A stretch of DNA of 64,000 bases from a virus: positions 30,872 to 94,871 of IMG/VR virus record IMGVR_UViG_3300022074_000012. One strand, given 5' to 3'. Under the pieces are notes generated by a model. That model was not told where the DNA came from and did no database searches. It worked only from the letters and a program-made list of their open reading frames with translations. Below are positions 56,202 through 64,000 of the stretch, piece after piece; position 1 is the first letter of the stretch, and every line of letters begins with the position of its first letter. Made by a program: the position numbers and the translations under genes.

Positions 56202-56378
56202 ATGTTACATTTAGGGTGGGAACCACCCGAAGTCCCAGATTTCGATCCAGAAATTCATAATCCAGAAAAAGTTTTTGCTTTTCTGTGTTATCGTGGGATT
56301 CACTACGCAAAGTGGGTGTATCTAGACATTTTCAATCACCAAGATTGGAAACTTAAAAATCCAAGAGAAGAGGGTTGA
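56202..56378 (+). CDS. 58-aa protein with YRG (DUF4278-like) motif
   Basis: MLHLGWEPPEVPDFDPEIHNPEKVFAFLCYRGIHYAKW...; GAGG SD. Confidence 0.55.
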   Translation: MLHLGWEPPEVPDFDPEIHNPEKVFAFLCYRGIHYAKWVYLDIFNHQDWKLKNPREEG

Positions 56379-56403
56379 CCTTTTCTCTTTTTTTGTGTAC
56401 AAT
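56363..56403 (+). terminator. Terminator overlapping a sigma70 promoter
   Basis: AAGAGAAGAGG-GTTGA-CCTTTTCTCTT then a T run; TTGACC-N17-TACAAT. Confidence 0.65.
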
Positions 56404-56421
56404 ATATAAAAGTCTTATATT

Positions 56422-56583
56422 ATGGATCGTAGTAAATTAAAAGATATTATCCGCACCCTTGAAATAACGCTTGACACATTGAAAGCAGAGGTGTATTCTG
56501 ATGTGGAATCATATAAAAATGATGAAAAAATTTCAACAAAACCACTTGACTATGATGAATTGTATGATGACGGTTCAGATTAA
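56422..56583 (+). CDS. 53-aa hypothetical protein
   Basis: MDRSKLKDIIRTLEITLDTLKAEVYSDVESY... Confidence 0.6.
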   Translation: MDRSKLKDIIRTLEITLDTLKAEVYSDVESYKNDEKISTKPLDYDELYDDGSD

Positions 56584-56741
56584 TGACTAGACAAAAAACA
56601 TTAATTAAATTATTAAAAAGATTAATCAAGCAAGATTATCTATATACTGATGAAAAATTAAGAGAAATGAAACAGACTCTCCGAATTGCAGAAGAAGAGT
56701 TTGCTGAGATTGAAGCAAAAGAATCAAAAGGATTTAAATGA
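56583..56741 (+). CDS. 52-aa hypothetical protein
   Basis: MTRQKTLIKLLKRLIKQDYLY...SKGFK; coupled at both ends. Confidence 0.6.
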   Translation: MTRQKTLIKLLKRLIKQDYLYTDEKLREMKQTLRIAEEEFAEIEAKESKGFK

Positions 56742-57370
56742 ACGTAGAACTTATAAGTATCACACCTGATGCCGAAAAAACTATGGCTCACATTGCCAGA
56801 GTTTCTAATCCTGATAATCAAGATAATCCTAAGTACGCAGGGTTACTAAGATATTGTATCAAACATAATCATTGGTCTGTTTTTGAGCAGTCATCAATGA
56901 CACTTGAAATAGAAACGACTCGTGCAATTGCAGCACAGATACTAAGACATCGTTCTTTCACGTTTCAAGAGTTCTCTCAGAGATATGCTGAAAGTAATGC
57001 ACTAGGTAAAATTGAATTACCTGATTTAAGAAGACAGGATAAAAAAAATCGTCAAAACTCTACTGATGATTTAGATCCTTTTGTTCAGCAAAAGTTAGAA
57101 GCACAGATGATTACTCTATTCAGTTCTGCACAAGCACTTTATAATCAGATGATTGAAGAAGGAGTTGCTAAAGAGTGTGCTAGAATGGTATTACCATTAT
57201 GCACTCCCACAAGAATCTACATGACAGGTTCTTGTCGTTCTTGGATACATTATATAAATCTAAGATCTGCACATGGAACACAAAAAGAACATATGGATAT
57301 TGCAGAGGAATGTCGAAAAGTATTCGTTAAAGAGTTCCCCTCAGTATCAGAAGCCCTTGAGTGGGTCTAA
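56738..57370 (+). CDS. thyX: Flavin-dependent thymidylate synthase
   Basis: HWSVFE; RHRSFTFQEFSQRY ThyX motif. Confidence 0.95.
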   Translation: MNVELISITPDAEKTMAHIARVSNPDNQDNPKYAGLLRYCIKHNHWSVFEQSSMTLEIETTRAIAAQILRHRSFTFQEFSQRYAESNALGKIELPDLRRQDKKNRQNSTDDLDPFVQQKLEAQMITLFSSAQALYNQMIEEGVAKECARMVLPLCTPTRIYMTGSCRSWIHYINLRSAHGTQKEHMDIAEECRKVFVKEFPSVSEALEWV

Positions 57371-57394
57371 ATAACTATACATTAATCAATTATT

Positions 57395-57646
57395 ATGGCA
57401 ACATATCCTGTAGTTAATACAAAAACTGGTGAACAGAAAGAAGTGAAAATGAGTGTGAATGATTGGGATCAATGGACAGAAGATAATCCCGATTGGTCAA
57501 GAGATTATTCTGATCCATCCACCATGCCAGGTGTTGGAGAAGTTGGAGAATGGAAAAATAAACTTGTGAGAAGAAAACCAGGTTGGAATGAAGTTTTAGA
57601 AAGAGTGCAGAAATATCCAGGTGCTCAAAAACAAAAGATTGATTAA
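57395..57646 (+). CDS. Conserved cyanophage hypothetical protein
   Basis: MATYPVVNTKTGEQKE..., upstream of phoH. Confidence 0.65.
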   Translation: MATYPVVNTKTGEQKEVKMSVNDWDQWTEDNPDWSRDYSDPSTMPGVGEVGEWKNKLVRRKPGWNEVLERVQKYPGAQKQKID

Positions 57647-58401
57647 TGGGAAGAAAACGAAGTAACGGAGATCAACCTATCGGAGTTGGGTTGACAGGAA
57701 AGCAAATGCGTAGAAAAAAACCAGTAAATTCTGAATATTTGGTGAATATTGAACCAATTACAGAAAATCAAAAAATCTTATTTAATTCTTACAATGAAGG
57801 TAAGAATATAATTTCTTATGGTGCAGCAGGTACAGGAAAAACTTTTGTTACCTTATATAATGCTTTGAAAAATGTTCTTGATGAAAGTACACCCTATGAA
57901 AAAATATATATCGTTCGTTCATTAGTCGCAACAAGAGAAATTGGTTTCTTGCCAGGTGATCACGAAGATAAATCTGATATTTATCAAGTACCATATAAAC
58001 ATATGGTAAAATATATGTTTCAGATGTCATCTGATGCAGACTTTGAGATGCTTTATGGTAATCTGAAAGCACAGGACACAATTAAGTTTTGGAGTACCTC
58101 ATTTTTAAGAGGAACAACACTTGATCGTTCAATTATTATCGTTGATGAATTTCAAAACTTGAATTTTCATGAATTAGATAGTATAATAACAAGAGTAGGA
58201 GAAGACAGTAAAATTTTCTTTTGTGGTGATGCATCTCAAACTGATTTGCAGAAAACTAATGAAAAAAATGGTATTGTTGACTTTATGAAGATAATTCGTT
58301 CCATGCCATCATTTGATGTAATTGAATTTGGTATTGATGATATAGTTCGTTCAGGAATTGTTAAAGAGTATCTTATTGCAAAATTAGAAATGGGTATGTA
58401 A
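57646..58401 (+). CDS. phoH: PhoH-family ATPase
   Basis: GAAGTGKT, IGFLPG, FLRGTT, DEFQN, GD..QTD, DIVRSG. Confidence 0.95.
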   Translation: MGRKRSNGDQPIGVGLTGKQMRRKKPVNSEYLVNIEPITENQKILFNSYNEGKNIISYGAAGTGKTFVTLYNALKNVLDESTPYEKIYIVRSLVATREIGFLPGDHEDKSDIYQVPYKHMVKYMFQMSSDADFEMLYGNLKAQDTIKFWSTSFLRGTTLDRSIIIVDEFQNLNFHELDSIITRVGEDSKIFFCGDASQTDLQKTNEKNGIVDFMKIIRSMPSFDVIEFGIDDIVRSGIVKEYLIAKLEMGM

Positions 58402-59081
58402 TGTTTGATCATGTTGATTTGGATCTACCTTCACTTAAACGTGAAACGGTAGACGGAGTTCGTTATTATTCAGTTCCCGATGAAGATGAACTAATTAAAT
58501 TAGTTTCAATCACATCAATTACGAGTCATTACAATAAACAGATTTTCCTTGATTGGAGAAAAAGAGTTGGTAATGCAAAAGCAGATAAAATTACAAAGGC
58601 TGCTACGACTCGTGGAACGGATATGCATACTCTTACAGAGTATTATTTAAAGAACGAGGAACTGCCTAAAGTCCCTCCTATATCTGACTTTTTGTTTAAA
58701 ATATCGAAGGGTAAATTACAGAAAATCAGTAAAATACACACTTTAGAAGGTGCGCTATATAGTAGGCAATTAGGAATTGCAGGAACTGTTGATTGTATTG
58801 CAGAATACAACGATGAGTTAGCAATAATCGATTTTAAAACATCTAAAAAACCTAAACCACGAGAGTGGATTGAACACTATTTTGTTCAAGCAATGGCATA
58901 CGGTTGTATGTTGTATGAGATGAAGGGTATATCAGTTAAAAAATTAGTCATTATTATGGCATGTGAAAACGGAGAATGCGTTGTTTATGAAGAATACGAC
59001 AAATCAAAATACATCAAACTCCTTGGACAATACATTAGAAAGTTTGTTGGGGATAAATTGGAACTCTATGGAACCGAATAA
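58401..59081 (+). CDS. PD-(D/E)xK exonuclease
   Basis: SITS, RGTDMH, AGTVDCI..IIDFKTS, Q..AY. Confidence 0.85.
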   Translation: MFDHVDLDLPSLKRETVDGVRYYSVPDEDELIKLVSITSITSHYNKQIFLDWRKRVGNAKADKITKAATTRGTDMHTLTEYYLKNEELPKVPPISDFLFKISKGKLQKISKIHTLEGALYSRQLGIAGTVDCIAEYNDELAIIDFKTSKKPKPREWIEHYFVQAMAYGCMLYEMKGISVKKLVIIMACENGECVVYEEYDKSKYIKLLGQYIRKFVGDKLELYGTE

Positions 59082-59328
59082 AGAACTAGAAAAAGCTATT
59101 GCGAATAAGTTTGTAACTCCACAGAAGTTTGCATTGGATATTGAAAAGATTGTGGTTGATGAACAACTCAATTATATTGATGCGATCATACACTATTGCG
59201 AAATAAACAATATTGAGGTAGAATCAGTAACGAAACTCATATCAAAACCTTTGAAGGAAAGATTAAAGTGGGATGCAATTCGTCTTAATTTTATGAAAAA
59301 GACTTCGAGGGCAAAACTACCCTTATAA
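59068..59328 (+). CDS. g33: Late promoter transcription co-activator gp33
   Basis: YIDAIIHYCE.N.IEVES..KLISKPLKERL..A..LNF; T4 synteny. Confidence 0.85.
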   Translation: MEPNKELEKAIANKFVTPQKFALDIEKIVVDEQLNYIDAIIHYCEINNIEVESVTKLISKPLKERLKWDAIRLNFMKKTSRAKLPL

Positions 59329-59531
59329 TGAAAAAATCAGAGTTAATTCACTGGAGACTTCAAGCAATACTCAGGGAACATAACATGCCAGATTTACAAT
59401 ATCTTGGTGTCAGACCCGATAGTATTGGTATGCCACAACATTGGTATATGATAGGTGATAATGAGGTTCCTTGTGACTCAATTACAGAATTAGATAGTGA
59501 AGATGTTGAAGAGGAAAGTGACACCGTTTGA
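59328..59531 (+). CDS. Hypothetical protein
   Basis: 67-aa ORF between g33 and g59. Confidence 0.55.
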   Translation: MKKSELIHWRLQAILREHNMPDLQYLGVRPDSIGMPQHWYMIGDNEVPCDSITELDSEDVEEESDTV

Positions 59532-60114
59532 AACATATCAAACTTATCTTTCTATGAAAAGTCATTTTACCAATGGTAAGTATGACTTCTTTAAATATGG
59601 TGGCAAATCCCGTGCCACAGTAACTGCTTTTAATCGAAGAAAAGACAAATACTGGTTTGAGAAAACTTCCCGTAAGTATTCTGATGGTCAGATTGTAGAT
59701 TTTCTTCTTGCCAACTTTGTAACATCAACAAACCCAGAAAACTTATGGATTGGAGAAATTATAAATTCTGGCGAAAGAAATTACTCAGAGTGGATGAGAA
59801 CTCAACAGAGTTTAACTTACTTGTTCAGAGAACAATCAGAGAGATTGCTATCCGAGAACGACTTAGACGAAGTATTCAACTGCTCCAAGGGACACCCAAA
59901 AATACTCAAGAAACACTTGGGTGGAGAACTAAACTTAGAAATCTTGGTAATCTACGAAAAGATCTTTTCTTTCGTAAAAAACCTTGACAAACAACTTGAC
60001 GACCCAGTGTGGGAATCCGTAAAGATGAAGATTAATAAGTATAGTCCTTTCATAAATATTAATGTGTTTCAATATAAAAAATTATTAAAGGAGATTATTC
60101 GTAATGGCTCTTGA
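59503..60114 (+). CDS. g59: Helicase loader gp59
   Basis: YLSMKSHF..YDFFKY..F.RRKDKYWFEK; synteny. Confidence 0.85.
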   Translation: MLKRKVTPFETYQTYLSMKSHFTNGKYDFFKYGGKSRATVTAFNRRKDKYWFEKTSRKYSDGQIVDFLLANFVTSTNPENLWIGEIINSGERNYSEWMRTQQSLTYLFREQSERLLSENDLDEVFNCSKGHPKILKKHLGGELNLEILVIYEKIFSFVKNLDKQLDDPVWESVKMKINKYSPFININVFQYKKLLKEIIRNGS

Positions 60115-60289
60115 CAATGCGACAGTTCTTGAAAATCTTAAATCTCAACTCAAAGAAGTATCGGGTAAGTTAAACGAACTTAATGAAACCCGTGTTAAAC
60201 TTCTAGGAGCAATTGATGTCCTCGAACAAATCGAGGAAAGTAAAGTTGAACCAGTACAACCAGAAGTTGTGGAGACTAAGAAAAAATGA
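60104..60289 (+). CDS. Coiled-coil hypothetical protein
   Basis: 61-aa ORF. Confidence 0.55.
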   Translation: MALDNATVLENLKSQLKEVSGKLNELNETRVKLLGAIDVLEQIEESKVEPVQPEVVETKKK

Positions 60290-60612
60290 GATTTTTTGAA
60301 TCGGAAATAGTCCGTGAAGAATTATCTGAAATTAATAGATTACAAACTAGCATCTATGGAAAGATGTTTGGTTTTGGTTTTCTAAGTCCTACTGACCAAA
60401 TGGAACATGTAGAAAAATTAGAATCTCTTTTAGAGAAACAAAAATGTATGTGGACTCGGTTATCTTTATCAGATGACCCAGAAGCAAAAGATATGAAAAA
60501 TCAATTGCGTAAGTCCCTAGAAGGTATGGGTTTCCCAGAAGGAACTGATATGCCATCTATTTTTAATGCAATGGATGAAACCATTGGCAAACTCAAGAAG
60601 AGTGTTGACTAA
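60286..60612 (+). CDS. DUF1825-like protein
   Basis: FFESEIV...RLSLSDDPEA motif. Confidence 0.65.
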   Translation: MRFFESEIVREELSEINRLQTSIYGKMFGFGFLSPTDQMEHVEKLESLLEKQKCMWTRLSLSDDPEAKDMKNQLRKSLEGMGFPEGTDMPSIFNAMDETIGKLKKSVD

Positions 60613-60633
60613 TTAATCTTTCTTTGTTATAAT
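60605..60633 (+). promoter_or_regulatory. Sigma70 promoter for g32
   Basis: TTGACT-N17-TATAAT with TGn. Confidence 0.75.
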
Positions 60634-60671
60634 AAAAACAATCCCCCAATCAAATTATCCGAGGTAATCTT

Positions 60672-61568
60672 ATGTCTTTTAAAGACTTAAAAAAACAATC
60701 TAAGCTTGGCTCTTTGACTGCAAAGTTAGTTAAAGAAGTTGAGAAAATGAATAATAACGGTGCGTCTGGTGACGAACGCACATGGAAGTTAGATGTAGAT
60801 AAAAGTGGCAATGGATACGCTGTTATCCGTTTCCTACCTGCACCCGAAAATGAGGATCTACCCTTTGTAAAACTATACTCCCATGCCTTTCAAGGTCCTG
60901 GTGGTTGGTATATTGAAAACTCTCTGACATCACTTGGTCAGAAAGATCCTGTCTCTGAGTACAACACTCAACTCTGGAACAACGGAACCGATGCAGGAAA
61001 AGAAACAGCACGGAAACAAAAACGTAAACTTACTTACATGAGTAACATTTACGTTGTGAAAGATCCAACGAATCCTGAGAACGAAGGTAAGGTATTCTTA
61101 TTCAAATATGGTAAAAAAATATTTGATAAACTTACTGCTGCAATGCAACCTGAGTTTGAAGATGAGGAAGCAATTGATCCGTTTGATTTCTGGCAAGGTG
61201 CTAACTTCAAGTTAAAGGCAAAAAACGTAGCAGGATACAGAAACTATGATAGTTCTGAGTTTGCTGCTGTAACTCCATTACTTGATGATGACGATGCACT
61301 TGAAGGTCTATGGAAGAAACAATACTCTCTCGCAGAGATTGTTGCTGCCGATCAGTTCAAGTCATATGAAGATCTTAAAAAGAGATTAGAATATGTTCTT
61401 GGAAGTAAGAGACCTGCTCAAGACCCAGATGTCTATGAAGAAGATAATGATCGTGGTGAAGCAGAAGAGTTAGTAACTGCTGCTGTATCCGCACCTCCAA
61501 CTACCTCAACGGTAGATAAAGACGAGGATGATGCGTTATCATACTTTGCGAAACTCGCAGAAGAATAA
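60672..61568 (+). CDS. g32: Single-stranded DNA-binding protein gp32
   Basis: DKSGNGYAVIRFLP, WYIENSLT, GANFKLK, NYDSSEF; acidic tail. Confidence 0.95.
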   Translation: MSFKDLKKQSKLGSLTAKLVKEVEKMNNNGASGDERTWKLDVDKSGNGYAVIRFLPAPENEDLPFVKLYSHAFQGPGGWYIENSLTSLGQKDPVSEYNTQLWNNGTDAGKETARKQKRKLTYMSNIYVVKDPTNPENEGKVFLFKYGKKIFDKLTAAMQPEFEDEEAIDPFDFWQGANFKLKAKNVAGYRNYDSSEFAAVTPLLDDDDALEGLWKKQYSLAEIVAADQFKSYEDLKKRLEYVLGSKRPAQDPDVYEEDNDRGEAEELVTAAVSAPPTTSTVDKDEDDALSYFAKLAEE

Positions 61569-61574
61569 TTATAC

Positions 61575-61600
61575 AGGAGGTCAAACGACCTCCTTTTTTT
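61575..61600 (+). terminator. Intrinsic terminator between convergent genes
   Basis: AGGAGGTC-AAAC-GACCTCCT then a T run. Confidence 0.85.
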
Positions 61601-62246
61601 ATGGTAATGTTATATTAGTATTTTCTGTTTGTGCTGTTCTCTCATCAATGAATTCTGATGACTCATCATATGTCATCAACTCTCTCATATCATTTAAAAA
61701 TTGTTGTAAATATTCTTCTCTCAAGACAAATATATTTCTTTTTTCATCATTTAAACGAGTTTCATATTCATAATTACTGATTCCCACAACAGGATTTAAA
61801 GTTGCAGTTGGTTCACCAGGTTTTGGTATTGTAAAATTACTATCAACAACTTTACCTTTAGGTAATATCATTCTACCATTTGTATCTTTAACTTCTGTTG
61901 TTTCAAAAAATTTAACTGAGTTTAAACTCTCTCCATATTTGTCAAGTGAATAATCATATATGTCTCGATCACTTAATGGCCATTCATTTCTCACATTTAA
62001 AATACCTGCCACTGTTAATACAACCCAATCTAATTCATCACTACCATATAATTCCTCTGCAACTGTGTCTGGTCGAAGACCCATAGGTATTTCATATTTT
62101 TCAAATACAGTAAAATTATTCTGTAAGTCATCCCTTAATTTTGCACGACGAAATACATTTTTTATTTCAACAAAATCCAAAGAGGATGTTTTATCGGGTA
62201 AAAAAGATGGATATAATAAATTTGGAAGTTCTCTGAAATATCCCAT
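61599..62246 (-). CDS. g53: Baseplate wedge protein gp53
   Basis: YF..LP, RPDTVAEELYG..LDWVVL, EWPL, YEYE..LND.KR.I. Confidence 0.85.
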   Translation of the reverse strand: MGYFRELPNLLYPSFLPDKTSSLDFVEIKNVFRRAKLRDDLQNNFTVFEKYEIPMGLRPDTVAEELYGSDELDWVVLTVAGILNVRNEWPLSDRDIYDYSLDKYGESLNSVKFFETTEVKDTNGRMILPKGKVVDSNFTIPKPGEPTATLNPVVGISNYEYETRLNDEKRNIFVLREEYLQQFLNDMRELMTYDESSEFIDERTAQTENTNITLP

Positions 62247-63604
62247 TAGTAACCTACTGCTCCATCACCTGGTTTTGAATCATAATCAATATCATAAATT
62301 GGTTGTAACTCTTTGAATGATAAATCTAATTGCATTGATACTGGTGTTCCATCTTCATATGTTGAATATACACCATCACCAGTATATGTTGTTTGCATAT
62401 CAGTCAAGAAACACTGTTTGAATTTGTTTAGAAATGGATGATCATTTGCACCACTTCGATATCTTAACTTAAATACGTTTGGTGCTCTTAAAAAGAAATT
62501 ACCTGAACCTGAAACACCACCTTGTGCTTGTGGAGCCATGTTTCTCTTAAATGCACGAATAATTAATTTAACTTGCTCTGCTTCTCTTGCATTACGAGGA
62601 GTTAATTTAAATGAGAATCTAAAGTTTCTAATTGTCACATCACTGAATAATAATTCCATATTTGGATTTAATATCTCACCAGTTCCTCTTGCCAATAACT
62701 GATTGACTGTTACGTTTGCTCCAAATATATTCACTGCTTCTGATGCTAATTTTTTTGTTAGAACATCTGCTGCTGTGGTTAATGCAGCATTATCACCACC
62801 TAATCCTGATTTTAATTCTTCTTTAAATGTGCCAATATCATCAGAAATATCAAATTTTTGATTATTTGCTACCTGTCCACCGAGTGTTGACATTGCACCC
62901 TCTAAAGCTGAAACACCAGCAGCTGCAAGACCATTCATTTTTGAATCACCATATACAACATTATTTGTATCTTGTAACTGAGCAGGTATTGGTAGTAAGA
63001 TTGTACCTGCATTTATCAGTGGTCTGCGAGATAATTTTCTTGTTCTACCAGCACGGTTCTGAGATGCATTACCAATTACATATCTACTACTACCACCTGT
63101 ATCAGAAATATAACTTTTTCCAATCTCTGCATATCTTTCTATATCAATCTGTAGATAATCTGTGTGTTCTGTAAGCAACTCTGCAGGATATCTCAGCACA
63201 CCACCTTGTCTTCTTTTACCATATCTTGCTAATCTTTTCTTTCTAATATCATCAAAATTTACTGGAGGTGGATTATCTTTAGAACGTTCTGTTAAATTTC
63301 CTGCTTGATCATATTTATTTCCTTTAGTGTCAACAAAAACCTCATCGACTGGATTTGCTGTATCAACTTTTTTACCTCTCTTTGTATTTTTGTAATTAGT
63401 AGTGCTTTTAAGTTCTAATCTGACCTTATCTCCATTATCTAATGTTATTGTTGGTATTCCACCTTCAAACAATTCAATCTCAGCTTCACGATAACTAAAA
63501 CCCTTATTATTTTTTCTAAATTCTGCTATTTTATCTTTCTTTATCTTTAAATTCTGTTGCGTATTGCTAATGTTTTTTCGATTTTGATCTTTTTTTAATG
63601 CCAT
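62246..63604 (-). CDS. g48: Baseplate tail-tube cap gp48
   Basis: NPNMELLF..RNFRFSFKLTPRN..EA..IIRAFK; L.FKELQPI. Confidence 0.85.
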   Translation of the reverse strand: MALKKDQNRKNISNTQQNLKIKKDKIAEFRKNNKGFSYREAEIELFEGGIPTITLDNGDKVRLELKSTTNYKNTKRGKKVDTANPVDEVFVDTKGNKYDQAGNLTERSKDNPPPVNFDDIRKKRLARYGKRRQGGVLRYPAELLTEHTDYLQIDIERYAEIGKSYISDTGGSSRYVIGNASQNRAGRTRKLSRRPLINAGTILLPIPAQLQDTNNVVYGDSKMNGLAAAGVSALEGAMSTLGGQVANNQKFDISDDIGTFKEELKSGLGGDNAALTTAADVLTKKLASEAVNIFGANVTVNQLLARGTGEILNPNMELLFSDVTIRNFRFSFKLTPRNAREAEQVKLIIRAFKRNMAPQAQGGVSGSGNFFLRAPNVFKLRYRSGANDHPFLNKFKQCFLTDMQTTYTGDGVYSTYEDGTPVSMQLDLSFKELQPIYDIDYDSKPGDGAVGY

Positions 63605-63616
63605 ATCGACCTATTT

Positions 63617-63967
63617 TTAGTTATTTATACGAAATTTTGCAAATGGTACTGTATTTAGGTCTTGTAACTCCTCATTTGTGACTTGGTAGAGTTGACTTGC
63701 TACTTCTTGAAAGGTATATGAACGAGATTGACCCCAATGAAAGTTGATTCCTTTAAATCCCCATTCATATACATTGGTTACAGCAACTAAAGGATTTTGA
63801 TCATATCTAATGTTAGGTGTTGATGGTTGATATGCAAACACATATATCTTACCAACCTCTGGAATTGATCCTGCACTATCACCAAGTACTCCCATGATGT
63901 CAACTAATAATTCATCAGCAGTTTCACTACCAATAAGATTACCTACTAGTGGTGCAATACGACTCAT
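63617..63967 (-). CDS. Conserved hypothetical protein
   Basis: YDQNPLV...GFKGINFHW; lies between g4 and g48. Confidence 0.6.
   Translation of the reverse strand: MSRIAPLVGNLIGSETADELLVDIMGVLGDSAGSIPEVGKIYVFAYQPSTPNIRYDQNPLVAVTNVYEWGFKGINFHWGQSRSYTFQEVASQLYQVTNEELQDLNTVPFAKFRINN
63622..63629 (-). promoter_or_regulatory. T4 late promoter for g48
   Basis: TATAAATA on the minus strand. Confidence 0.7.
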
Positions 63968-64000
63968 TTGATTCCTAGTTCTACTTCAGTCATGACTTTA
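63964..64000 (-). CDS. g4: C-terminal end of head-completion protein gp4 (truncated by window)
   Basis: KVMTEVELGIK* resembles the gp4 C-terminus; synteny. Confidence 0.5.
   Translation of the reverse strand, partial: KVMTEVELGIK

Noticed and set aside
58401-59081. Cas4/CRISPR system
   Set aside because: This is an ordinary T4-like PD-(D/E)xK exonuclease in core synteny. No repeat-spacer array was seen in the window.
206-63174. Numerous 60-160 aa antisense or out-of-frame ORFs in the track (e.g. 627-998, 35347-35832, 37794-38000, 61960-62316)
   Set aside because: They are shadows of well-supported genes with repetitive codon use and have no independent signals.
1-64000. tRNA or rRNA genes
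   Set aside because: No cloverleaf or rRNA-like sequence was recognised by eye. tRNAscan-SE would be needed to exclude them fully.

Overview
This is an AT-rich segment of a T4-like cyanomyovirus (Kyanoviridae-type). The host is probably Prochlorococcus, judging from the D1 and Hli sequence style and the low GC. In order, the window holds: (1) the end of a tail-fibre gene block (1-1842); (2) small hypothetical genes; (3) an ~18.8 kb nucleotide-sugar/glycosyltransferase island that also carries nadE, a CapK-like ligase and a HisC-like PLP enzyme (3494-22263); (4) five hli genes mixed with unannotated single-TM microproteins (22374-23977); (5) a 2107-aa late protein with internal repeats; (6) psbA and psbD without introns; (7) a degenerate EndoVII-like gene and an HNH gene; (8) an ~19 kb array of short, modular fibre/adhesin genes (34322-53608); (9) a candidate sRNA and glutaredoxin; (10) a putative nitrogen-sensing locus with an NtcA box and two tandem glutamine-riboswitch-like aptamers, each enclosing a whole small ORF in its variable stem-loop, upstream of DUF4278-type YRG peptides; (11) T4 core genes (thyX, phoH, exonuclease, g33, g59, g32; on the minus strand g53, g48 and the end of g4). 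The most striking candidates are the ORF-in-riboswitch tandem (55436-56378) and the repeated adapter-plus-tips organisation of the fibre island. All family calls come from motif recognition by eye; no searches were run.
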